NCBI GenBank assembly: GCA_019828565.1
Contig: JAHDYR010000024.1
Location: 342,834-406,833 of the forward strand
Direction of reading: 5' to 3'
Source of the DNA: Carpediemonas membranifera BICM
Taxonomy: Eukaryota > Protista > Fornicata
DNA: 64,000 bases
This document shows, piece after piece, positions 45,925-55,881 of this stretch. The position numbers were made by a program, and so were the translations under genes. The notes beneath the pieces were generated by a model. That model did not search any database and was not told where the DNA came from. It worked only from the letters and a program-made list of their open reading frames with translations. Numbering within the stretch: the stretch's first letter is position 1; the number at the start of each line of letters is the position of its first letter.

Positions 45925-48489
45925 ATGCGTTTCGAGAACTGGGAAGTCGTCATCACCTATGGGGCGGACAGTTCTCTTGGATCTATCATCACCGCTGTCT
46001 TAGACGAGTTTCTGCTCCGAAACCGCGACAAATCGTTTCGTTTAGACAGCAAGGAGCAGTGCTTGCGCATTCTCCGAGATTTCCTGACGTCATGTCCACT
46101 GAGGGTGACACATAGTGATGCTACGTTACGTAGTGCAGTCGTTAATGCTGATTGGAGCGCATTGATGAGGAATCACAGCACTGCTCATGTGACTGTTACG
46201 CGAGTCGACAACGAGGCGAAGACGAAGAGCCTATACACGGCCATGGCAATTATCTGTGCCGTCGAGTTAGGGAAGAATCGCTACGACCGACTCCGCCATG
46301 CATTTGTTTCAATGGCCTCCGACATGGGAGTTCGCCTTGGAATTCACACTCCACCGGTGGTAGACAGTCTCCAGAATCTTGGGTATGACCTGCTGTCCAT
46401 CCCAGCCATACGATCTGTTATATCAGACCCAACACTGATCGAGGACGTCAACGCGTTCACTCCTGAGCAGCCCGATGTCTCTGGGCGTGATGGGGTGTCT
46501 AACCAAGAGCTTCAATGTCAAGCAGGAGCCGGTTTCACGCGTAGCGTGGAAGTCGCGGAGGCTTTTTACGTCCTATATGACCCAACCACCCACACCGACC
46601 TGCAAGAGACTCTCGATGAACACGACTGCCTCTTCGCTCACCACTTCGAGAAGATATCGGGGGAGTCACGGCTATACATTTCGCATGATGATCCATCCAA
46701 GCTGCCGGAGATTCAGAGATTATGCCGGAACATGGGCATCATTCCGCGTGGAACAAAGAAATCTCACCGGATGGTGATCAGCGCTCTGTCCTATGACCCT
46801 GTCGCCCAGATTAAGTTCATGCTGAAGTTCCCCGACCGAGTTCAGCGCGATATCAAGTCAAGCAAGTTCGTTCAATCCGTCACTATTAACCCGGAGAGCC
46901 GACAGGAGGCTTATGGTCTTGAGATGCTCCTATGGTTTGATGGATATCGGGCCGACTGTACGGCGGTCAAATATCGCATAATTGATCGCGAGGGAGCAGC
47001 CCTACCACAGAAGATTACCCCACCCATGACGCTTCTTACATTTCAGGGCACAGAGAAGCTCATTCCTTCGTTCTTTGATGATGTACAGCGGCTAATGAAC
47101 AAGCTCATTGGTATCCCCTTCGCATGTGGTGACAGTTCGTTGCTCCCACGCAGCCGTGTTGTCATCAGCCTGCTCGGGATCTGCGGCGATCACAAAGCGT
47201 TGCAGATTGCTAGTGGCGTCAAGCGGGGACGATACTACCGCTCTCCATTCTCCTCCCTACACATGGGAAAGGTCGCAAGCGACCCGTTTGCCAATCGTTG
47301 CGATCGCTGGACAATCGCAGATAGCATCCGTCTTCGTGACGCTGGTGGCGTGAAAGACATGACACGGTTTGGGTCCCGCGATGGTCACCGAGATGTCTGC
47401 TGTCTGACCTATGCCAACGAGATAGATGGCCCACTTCACGTGCTCACAAAGTACGCTGATGTCACGTTCATTCCACCTGTCATGCATGTGAGTCACTATC
47501 TTATGAAGGACTTCTGGACGCTGCTTGGCCTTGTCAAGGTTCAACACGCTGGTCAGAACGTGCACACACTTGAGCAGATTGAAAAGCTGTTCACGCGGAC
47601 AACTGGCTGCAACGAGCAGAGCTGGAACAGACGAAAGCTCGCGACACTAGTCAACGAGCACCTTGAGGAGTTTGACCAGTCACTCCAGCCCTTCATACTC
47701 CTGACAGCCAAGTTACAGGCGTTGTATTACTCCTCTGACCACGTGACACACCAGACAATCGCTTTCCATCACGCGGCGTCCTTTTCTACGTTCATTATGT
47801 TCCATGTCTTGACGTTGTTCTATGACCTTCCATCGAGTCGCTCCTCGGTTGCTACGACGCTCAATGATGGTCTCAGACTGACTTACTCTCCCAAGTTTAC
47901 CGGCTCGCTATATCTGAATGCAGTGGTGTCAGTTCTGCCCAAGGTTCACTCGAAACTGCGGCTTCCGATGTTCTATTTGCTTGAGGAGTACTTCGAACGT
48001 GATTTCCTCATCAATGCCCAGTTGCGAGTGGACAAGCATCGATCTTGGGTTCTCGGCTTCCTGGCTCAGAAGACAATGGTCGGTCGTGTCCTTGCTCACT
48101 ACACCCGCCGTGGCTCATCGAGAAAGCATGGTATGGTGTTGCCGATTGCAAGGCAGTGTAAGTCTGTCACATTCTGCTCGTGTCTATTTGATGCCGACCG
48201 GTGTGCCGCCTGGAGAAATCGTCTATTAACTAAGGTACCCAACTGGGATAGGGAGGCGAGCCAACAGTCGCTGAATGCGCTGTTTAGTGGATGGGTCAAG
48301 GGTATCTGTGAGGAGCCGGAGGAGATCCGGGAACTCATCACTGTTGACGAGACAGCCAAGACGATTTGTGTAAGGACGGCGGACAGTGGTCTGGATGAGA
48401 CTCTCTGCATCTGCAATCTGTGCAACAGTGAGCAGCGAGCGGAGGAGCTGATGAGGAGGACTGGGCACAATCTTCGCCCGAGAAGATAG
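45925..48489 (+). CDS. Intact 854-aa DDE transposase, divergent CMC/EnSpm-Transib-like
   Basis: LLWFDG (D1), ICGDHKAL (D2), PPVMHVSH (xMH motif), LEEYFER (E), C-terminal Cys cluster. Lies about 1 kb inside the right TIR. Confidence 0.8.
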   Translation: MRFENWEVVITYGADSSLGSIITAVLDEFLLRNRDKSFRLDSKEQCLRILRDFLTSCPLRVTHSDATLRSAVVNADWSALMRNHSTAHVTVTRVDNEAKTKSLYTAMAIICAVELGKNRYDRLRHAFVSMASDMGVRLGIHTPPVVDSLQNLGYDLLSIPAIRSVISDPTLIEDVNAFTPEQPDVSGRDGVSNQELQCQAGAGFTRSVEVAEAFYVLYDPTTHTDLQETLDEHDCLFAHHFEKISGESRLYISHDDPSKLPEIQRLCRNMGIIPRGTKKSHRMVISALSYDPVAQIKFMLKFPDRVQRDIKSSKFVQSVTINPESRQEAYGLEMLLWFDGYRADCTAVKYRIIDREGAALPQKITPPMTLLTFQGTEKLIPSFFDDVQRLMNKLIGIPFACGDSSLLPRSRVVISLLGICGDHKALQIASGVKRGRYYRSPFSSLHMGKVASDPFANRCDRWTIADSIRLRDAGGVKDMTRFGSRDGHRDVCCLTYANEIDGPLHVLTKYADVTFIPPVMHVSHYLMKDFWTLLGLVKVQHAGQNVHTLEQIEKLFTRTTGCNEQSWNRRKLATLVNEHLEEFDQSLQPFILLTAKLQALYYSSDHVTHQTIAFHHAASFSTFIMFHVLTLFYDLPSSRSSVATTLNDGLRLTYSPKFTGSLYLNAVVSVLPKVHSKLRLPMFYLLEEYFERDFLINAQLRVDKHRSWVLGFLAQKTMVGRVLAHYTRRGSSRKHGMVLPIARQCKSVTFCSCLFDADRCAAWRNRLLTKVPNWDREASQQSLNALFSGWVKGICEEPEEIRELITVDETAKTICVRTADSGLDETLCICNLCNSEQRAEELMRRTGHNLRPRR

Positions 48490-49448
48490 ATAGATGGATA
48501 ATCGGAGTATGTATATAAAGGGTTCTTTATGTTTACACTATCTTCACCAATCTACAGTCAATTACGTCTATTGCGAGCGAAGAACAGCTTTCAGTAAGAA
48601 ATTTGAGGCAACTGTCAGGTAATTCTTAGTAACGTCGTCGGCAATGGCGTAATAGTCATCCATTTCAGTCAAGTGACTCAGCTTAACGCGCATTTGCTTG
48701 ATTTCGGCGATAAACTCGGCCCGCTTCATTCGTTTGTCATAAAGTGCATTCCGGCCATATCACAAGTTTTCTTCATCACAAGGCACGCACGGGGGTGTAA
48801 GCGGGACCGAGGCTACCACCACAGCCTCTTCTGAGCCGATGGATACCTTTTGTTGATTTGCCAGAATTGACCAAACGACGAGGAATGCTTGATATGCCGC
48901 GTATGGATGATTTGAAGAAGAACTGAAGGTGAAAGACAAAGATCATAGAAATACACATCATGCGGCTCACTTTTGGAGACATTGGAGGTAAATTAGCTTT
49001 TAGGATCGTTTTTCGTTTGCCAGGCAAAGTTTTGAGTGTTTTCTCGAGAATACTCGATGCCGTATGCAATCTTGCTGCTATTTGATGCAGAACAAAGGTT
49101 GTTATGTGACACAGATGTTCTCACTTGCTTTCGGCCTTCTTTGTTGGCGAGCAAAAGCAAACTTCTTTGGGAGCAATTCCCAAAAATCGCATCTTTACGC
49201 ACCCAGGAAATTTTATCTCGGCATACTGGACCAGTGGGGGAGGCACGGCAGTCTATCCCGACCCTAGATGAACCATGAGACAGTTTTTCGACGAGAGTTT
49301 GTGCGATGCCACTGACTTCGCGAGTGAAGGTCTTCAGCATGTTGTACGGATGTCTAAACGATGCCTTGTGCAAGTGCAAGGCGTAATACGCTGTAGTTTA
49401 ATTGTTTGAGCGCGTTCATTTTTTCTTGCAATCGTCCTTTTTTCATGT

Positions 49449-49507
49449 ATTCCGGGACTTATTCCGGGACTTAAAGTCCCGGTTAAAGTACCAGAAAAAA
49501 CAGCATG
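49449..49507 (-). repeat. Right TIR of giant transposon
   Basis: Reverse complement reads catgctgttttttctggtactttaaccgggactttaagtcccggaataagtcccggaat. Confidence 0.92.
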
Positions 49508-52500
49508 GTGTGTTCGGTGACCAGGTCTTTCATCTTAGCGAAAGCGGCGTCCTGCTCGGCGCCCCAGGCCACGGGGGACGACTTCCCCGGAGAGCCCTTA
49601 AGCAGCCGGTTGAGAGGTGCTGCGGCGTCGGCGAGATGGGGAATGTAATTCGACAAGTAGTTGAACTTGCCGAGGGATCGACGGAGTTCCGACGTGGTGG
49701 TCGGAGGAAAGAGGTCGCGGATGGCCTGGACTCGAGCGGGGGCAACGGATCTGCCCATCTCGTTAACGATGAAGCCGCACACCTCAACCTCGGAGAGGCC
49801 GAGGGCACACTTGTCGGCCTTCAGTCTGACGTTGGCCGCCAGTAGATGATCGAAGAGATCCGTGATGGCGCTCTTGAACTCTTCCTCCGTGTGCGAGTAA
49901 GTGAAGATATCGTCGACGTAGGCTTTGGAGCTCTTGCAGTCTTCCAACACCTCGTCCATCGCTCTCTGGAACTTGGCCGGGGCATTCTTGAGCCCGAAGG
50001 GGGTACGAAGAAACTCGTAATGACCGCCTGGGATAGTGAAGGCGGTGAGTGAGACGCTGTCGGGGTCCATACGTTGCTGCCAGTAGCCGCTTCGGAGGTC
50101 GAGCGTGCCGAAGAGTGAGCAGCCGCTTGCCTCATGGACGAAGGAGCGGATATCTGGTGTCGGGTAGCGATCGTCTTCGGTGGCTTCATTCAGAACGTTA
50201 TACGCGACGCAGAACCTGTCCTCACCGTTCTTCTTCTTCGCCATCACGTGTGGGGATGAGTACGGCGAGTCACTTGGGCGGATGACTAATTGTTGGAGCA
50301 TCTTGTCGATTTCAGCGGCGGCGCTGGACGCTTGGGAACCCTTAAGGGGGCGTGGTCTTGCCTTCGGGAGCCTGTGGTCGCCAGGCTTCAGGGTGATCTT
50401 GTGTGGACGCAACTCGCTGCCGTCCTCTGGCAGCTCGCCGAAGAGCTCGCGGCGTTCGTATAGGAAGCCTTCGAGCCACTTAGTGAGGTCTGGATTGTCA
50501 TCGTAAGGGATTCGGACCTTCTTCCACTCGTTATCAACATCAATCTCATCTGTGCAGGAGTCGAGATACGGGTGTGGAGGCAGATTGTCGTTGTCGGAGA
50601 TGGTGGCGGATGACGGGATCAGCAGTCTGTCGTTCATGAGGTAGCCCAACCTTCTGAGGAGGTCGCGGCCGATCAGGACCTTTCGGCGTTTGGCGCGGAT
50701 CACCATCAGCAATGCGGTGGCCTGCACGGTCTTGCCATCGATAGACGGGAGAGTGATGTCGACCTTTGCGGCCTTACCGATGGAGATGACCTCGTCGCCG
50801 GCGCCGAAGAGCTCGACTGAGGTGTCGATGAGCTGGTAATTCGGGACCTTCGCTAGTGCGGGCTCCGAGATGACTGAGACGCAGGCTCCGATATCGAACT
50901 TCGTCTTGATTTGGACACCGTTGATCGTGGCCGGGACGTTGATGGGGTCGTTGTCGATCTCAACAGCCCCCACCTCATAGACGTCACCTTCGTCCTCGGA
51001 CTCGGCGTCATCTGAGGCGTTGTTGTCGACTTCATGGACGTCGCGCTGGCCGCGCGAGTTGCGAAGCTTTGAGGAGTCCCTCAGGAACATGTTGCCGGCC
51101 CGACGGTCGGACTGCGTACCGCTGGTCTGCTTCTGGTCGTTCTTCCGCGGCTGAGAGGAGCCGGAGGTGCCCTTGGACTGGTTGTCCTTCTGCCGTGCGA
51201 GGAACCTGCATGACTCTGTCGTATGGTTACTGTTCCACCCATGAGACTTGCACCACTTGTTGAAGTGCTGTGGGATGGCATACTTGTGCTTGTCTTTGAA
51301 CTGGAGATAGGGATCGCTTGTATGGGGCAGTACTGTCGGCTTTTGCTTGCCAGGGGCGCGACGGCCGCTGTCTTTCTGGTCGGCGGGTTGGGATGTTACC
51401 GCGAACGCCCGCCACGGGACAATAACGCGTTCGTCGTGATCGACGTCGAGGTTCTCGAGGCGAGAAAGAAGATCGTCGATTGACTCGGCTGGGTCCTCGA
51501 TGATGTCCTCGTAAAGAGCCTCGGCGTCCTTGCTATAGCCCTTGAGGAAGATCGACCCCAGTAAGCGCTCGGTCGAGTTGTAGGTTAGTGCCTCGATGTC
51601 TGGGACGCATGGATCGTAAGCGTTGAGGATCCTACGTAGCTTGAAGACGGCGAGTCGGTGCTCGACGGCTGGGCCGAAGAATCTAAGGCCGGATGCCTTG
51701 TCGCGCACCATCTTCAGTCTCGATCCCATGTCGAGGGTCGGTAGGAGCGTATAAACGATGTAGGGGATGATCGCCTTTGCCTCGGCGCGGAGGTAAGCGT
51801 AAACGTCGGGGGAAATCAGCACGCTTTGGCCAGGCGGCCAGGTCGGGCTTCTCATCTATGGTGGGCTCCGGGACCTTGTCAGAGAAATCTGGGAGTGTCA
51901 TGTCGGTCCCGTCAGGCACGGGGACAGTCGGGGTTGCGGCGCTGAAGAGGTCGGACCATCTGTTGGCCGCGGGGTCCTTCATGTACGAGGTGATGAATGT
52001 CCTGGCCTTCTCAGTGGCCTCCGGGATTGCGCGTTGTATCTCTGCCGAGATTGACTCCTTTGTCAGGCTGGTGAGGGCCGGGTCCTTGAAGTTTGAAGAG
52101 ACCCGCACACACTCTGCGTACTGCGCTCGCTTGCAGGCCGCCTCAAAGGCAGCAGCGAAACGCTTGGCGATTGCATCTGCGGTGGGATTGTGGGATATAG
52201 CTTGCGGAGCCTCGTCCGAACGGGCCTGAGCTCGGGCTTCGGCGTCAGACATAATGGAGGTCTGGAGGCTCTCAAGAGTGGGAAATTTCGCTGTCGGACG
52301 CCAATCACGCTTTAACTTCGCGACCGTGTCCGCTGTGAGCGTTTGGATGAAAGAAGTTGGGTTTCTCTCGTGGATAATTGCAGTGGTGTAATCCGCGAGC
52401 GCCTGGATTGCGCTTTCTGGATCATTAGTCGTGAATTGCTTCATTTCACCGGTAATATCGATATTGTGCCGTGTTACGAATGAGTTTTATGCAACCAACT

Positions 52501-52519
52501 CCCGCAGTTTAGGGTCACA
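49508..52519 (-). mobile_element. Ty3/Gypsy element A, 5' part (candidate LTR, gag, protease, RT)
   Basis: ORFs 51683-52444 and 49483-51855 (frameshift near 51810) contain CKSH..H..C knuckle, KFDIGA, YVDD. Candidate 55-bp TG..CA LTR at 52465-52519; its partner lies outside the window. Confidence 0.85.
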
Positions 52520-52815
52520 AGGGACGGCTGCAAGCAGACGATCGTATCCTCCTCCGTCTCCCCCAACAGCCCGCTCCAGAACGAGTCCATTGCGGTGAAA
52601 GAGTTCTTTGCGGCGACGAACGCCGTGGAGACGCTCCTTCCACATCTAACGGACAGGGAGATCACCGTATTCATCGACAAAAGCAACGCCTGCGCCTGGT
52701 TGAACAAGCAGGGATCAACGCGAGCCCCGCCGATGATCCAGGACGCTTGTCTCACCCTCTTTTCCCGCTTGGCCGCCTGCCAGATCACACTGAGAGCCCA
52801 GCACGTCAGCGGGCT
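52520..52815 (+). pseudogene. DIRS/Ngaro-type RNase H relic
   Basis: IAVKEFFAA..ITVFIDKSNACAWLNKQGSTR..ITLRAQHVSG is typical of DIRS1-like RNase H. Truncated at both ends. Confidence 0.7.
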
Positions 52816-53227
52816 TACCTTACCTAATCCGAGTAGATCTGGACGTTGCCGTTCCAGATGCAGCGCATCACTTCCTGCTCCAGGAAGCGGCCGGCCCCCA
52901 CACTCAGGCCGACCATCTTACACAATCTCACACACCAGGACTCGCCCTGGTCATCACTGCACGCTTCGCCAGTGATCTCGCAGGCGGCCGTCAGTAGCTC
53001 GGCTGACCAGTTGTGGTACTGCGCGGCCTTGTCTGACTCGGCGTTGGCCTGATCCTTCGAGATTACCACGTCGATGATGATGGGCTCGTTGGCGACCCTG
53101 CCCGTGGGAGAGCGACGCAGCGGGACATAGACGTAGACGTAAATTTTAACAGCTAGACGTCTTCAAGGGAGCAGCTGGACCTACAACTATGCCTCGACAA
53201 CAACAATAATATCTCATGCCACGGCGT

Positions 53228-54790
53228 TTACTTCTTGTCCTCAGCGATGTGAGTGATCACAGCCTTGACGAACTCATAGAAGGGGCCGACAGTGCGGATC
53301 ATCAGGCGCTCAGAGGGGCTGTGGGGTGACCGGATCTCTGGGCCGATCGAGACAGCATCCCTGACACAAGGGCAGTTGCTCAAAAGAAGCCCACACTCTA
53401 AACCGGCGTGAATAGCATACACAGCGGCCTTCTTGCCGACCACATCAACGTGCTTCTTCTCGGCAACCTTGAGGAGGTATGAGTCGGCGTTGGCGGGCCA
53501 GCCGGGGTACTCATCCTCACGCTCGGGGGCAGCGACGCCAGCAAGGGCGCAGAGGCCGCAGAGCTCGTTGTAGACGGCGTCGAGCTGGGCTTTGGCGTCA
53601 GAGCGGGCGGACCCGGTGAAGACGACCTCCGTCTCCTTGGACTCGGAGATCGTGATGGCGTAGGAGGTCTGGACGAGGTCTTCGACAGCCTGGCTCATGC
53701 GGTAGACGCGGAAGGGGAGCTGAAGGGCAAAGTTGAGGAACTTGGCGGTGGACTCGGCGGACATGGGAGTCATCTTCTCGGCGTCGACCCAGTCGAGCTT
53801 GATCTCGGGGTCGGTCTTGCGGAACTCCTCGCGGATAACGTCGACGAGGGCCTCGACCTTCTTGACGAACTCGGCCTTGGTGCCGGCGGGGAGCGAGACA
53901 GTGGAGACGATCTCGCGAGGCACGGCGTTGTGGGCCTGGCCACCGTTAACGGCGACAACGCGGCCGCCCTCAGGGAGGCAGGCCTTGAGGATGCGGGCGG
54001 ACAGCAGCAGGGCGTTGCCGCGGCCGAGGGGGATGTCGACGCCCGTGTGGCCGCCGGTGAGGTTCCACAGCTTCATGCCGACGAGCTCGCCCTCGTGGGC
54101 CTCGCGGGTGATGGGGAGGTGGAAGTGGTTGACGAAACCGCCAGCGCAGCCGACGCAGATGGCGAGCTCCTCCTCGGAGTCGAGATTGAGCACGAACACG
54201 GACTTGATGAAGCCGTCCTTGAGGGCAGCGGCGCCGAGGAGGCCGACCTCCTCGTCAGAGGTGATCAGGAGCTCGAGGGGGCCGTGCTTGAGGTCCTTCT
54301 CGAGAGCGATGGCGAGGCCGGCGGCAACGGCGATACCGTTGTCAGCACCGAGAGAGGTGTTGGTGGCGCTCACCCACTTCTCGCCCTCCATGTCGTGGAT
54401 GCGGGGGACGAGGGGGTCGGTCTTGAAGTTGTGGGTGAAGCCCGACTCGGCGACGCCGACAATGTCGCTGTGGCCCTGGAGGCCGATGACGGGGACGTTC
54501 TCGTAGCCGGGGGTGGCGGGGATGGTGATGCAGACGTTGTCGGCCTCATCGACGCGGCACTCGAGCTTGTGGTCGGCGGCGAACTTCTTGCAGAACTCGA
54601 CGACAGCAGTGTGGTGGTAGCTGGGACGGGGGGTCTCAACGAGGCCGAGGAAAATCTCCCAAACGGTCTGGTTGTAGTCCTTGGACTCCTTGAGCTCGGA
54701 GAGCTGCTTGAGGACGTTCTTAGCGGCATCAGTGGTAAGAAGGTTAAGGGACCTGCGTGAGGGACGGGATCGTGTTTTGGGGACATACAT
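53228..54790 (-). CDS. pepD: Aminoacyl-histidine dipeptidase (peptidase M20C, PepD-like)
   Basis: LQGHSDIV, SLGADNG, SDEEVGL, NLDSEE, GGHTG, IHAGLECG, PHSPSER, with strong host codon bias. Likely start at 54790, possibly with a 36-nt intron at 54753-54788. Confidence 0.92.
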   Translation of the reverse strand: MYVPKTRSRPSRRSLNLLTTDAAKNVLKQLSELKESKDYNQTVWEIFLGLVETPRPSYHHTAVVEFCKKFAADHKLECRVDEADNVCITIPATPGYENVPVIGLQGHSDIVGVAESGFTHNFKTDPLVPRIHDMEGEKWVSATNTSLGADNGIAVAAGLAIALEKDLKHGPLELLITSDEEVGLLGAAALKDGFIKSVFVLNLDSEEELAICVGCAGGFVNHFHLPITREAHEGELVGMKLWNLTGGHTGVDIPLGRGNALLLSARILKACLPEGGRVVAVNGGQAHNAVPREIVSTVSLPAGTKAEFVKKVEALVDVIREEFRKTDPEIKLDWVDAEKMTPMSAESTAKFLNFALQLPFRVYRMSQAVEDLVQTSYAITISESKETEVVFTGSARSDAKAQLDAVYNELCGLCALAGVAAPEREDEYPGWPANADSYLLKVAEKKHVDVVGKKAAVYAIHAGLECGLLLSNCPCVRDAVSIGPEIRSPHSPSERLMIRTVGPFYEFVKAVITHIAEDKK

Positions 54791-55361
54791 GGCTTGTGAC
54801 CTGTATAAATGAGCATGATGGTACTTGCGTTGCTGTGGAAGCGTGACAGAAGTGTTTCTGACTTCAATTGACTCCAGCCCAGGATGATATCGATCCCGAG
54901 GCCATACCAAGGATGATCGAGCGGTGCTGACCGCCGACAGACGAGGATCCCGTGGCATCGGTCGGTGCCGTCATGTTGCTAGCCAATGGATGCACCATGA
55001 TGGACAATGACAGCAGAAAGGGGGGCATGCGGCAGGGTCTGTACTCAGCACCAGACAGAGACATATGCTGAGGTCTGCGTGAACAGTAAGCAGCTCCGGC
55101 GACTACATGTGTGTATTGTCAGATTTGCACACCACGGACACCCTCGGGCAGTAGCGACACTCATGGATGCAATATCAGTATTGATGCCCATAGATGTCGA
55201 AGAGACCAAGCCAAGGCATTATTTGAGCATGAAACCCCTGATCATGGTCCAGGAAGATGCAGGAAGGCCAAGACTGCACAACTCGACACACTCACCCCCC
55301 AAAACAATATCAATTACTTTTATTCATCATAGATGCTGTGGATTAGCCCAGTAGACCCAGC

Positions 55362-55781
55362 TCACAGGGGTGTCGGCCTGTCCGGTGGGTACAGAGACGT
55401 CGCCAGCCTCTGCGTCAGGAGGAAAGCGAAGATGGAGGCACATAGCACGCCGAGCGCCACCAGGGTGATGTTGGCGGCGGAGTTGAGGCCGTCGCTGAAG
55501 CCGTGTGACCGGTTTGCTCTCAGACGGAGCTGCGTGATCTCAGCCTGAAGCTGCTCGAGCTGCGTTTGCGCCCTGTGAACTTCTCCCTTCGCGTTATCGA
55601 TGTCTGTCTCCAAATTTTTGATTGTACTCTCGTGCTCGGAGACCTTCTTGCCTCCGTCGTCCAAAACACGCTTCAACTCCGTCCGCATGCGTTGTTCGCG
55701 CATCATGCTAACAGCCATCTCATCTTCACCGTTGTCGAGTGCCGTATCAGCAGGAGATTCTTCGCGCTGAAGCTGTTCCAT
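55362..55781 (-). CDS. Small coiled-coil tail-anchored membrane protein
   Basis: 139 aa with heptad repeats and a C-terminal hydrophobic segment. Confidence 0.55.
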   Translation of the reverse strand: MEQLQREESPADTALDNGEDEMAVSMMREQRMRTELKRVLDDGGKKVSEHESTIKNLETDIDNAKGEVHRAQTQLEQLQAEITQLRLRANRSHGFSDGLNSAANITLVALGVLCASIFAFLLTQRLATSLYPPDRPTPL

Positions 55782-55881
55782 GTCGGATTGTTAATCGGGG
55801 CGCGCAGCTTTAGCATTGGGACGACAGGGAGTGGACAACAACCATACATCAACGTCAAGTCCGTTTATGTATCATGTATCA

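Larger units (their letters stand above)
1607..49507. mobile_element. Giant (47,901 bp) TIR DNA transposon with CMC/EnSpm-like DDE transposase and multi-gene cargo
   Basis: Imperfect TIRs at 1607-1666 and 49449-49507, both starting CATGCTG. GT is duplicated at 1605-1606 and 49508-49509. Excision rejoins Gypsy pol in frame (MKDLVTEHT-ALALPD). Transposase at 45925-48489. Confidence 0.92.

Noticed and set aside
53733-54760. Long antisense ORFs over pepD, gdhA, DC2 and the Gypsy genes
   Set aside because: Shadow ORFs caused by GC-rich codon bias.
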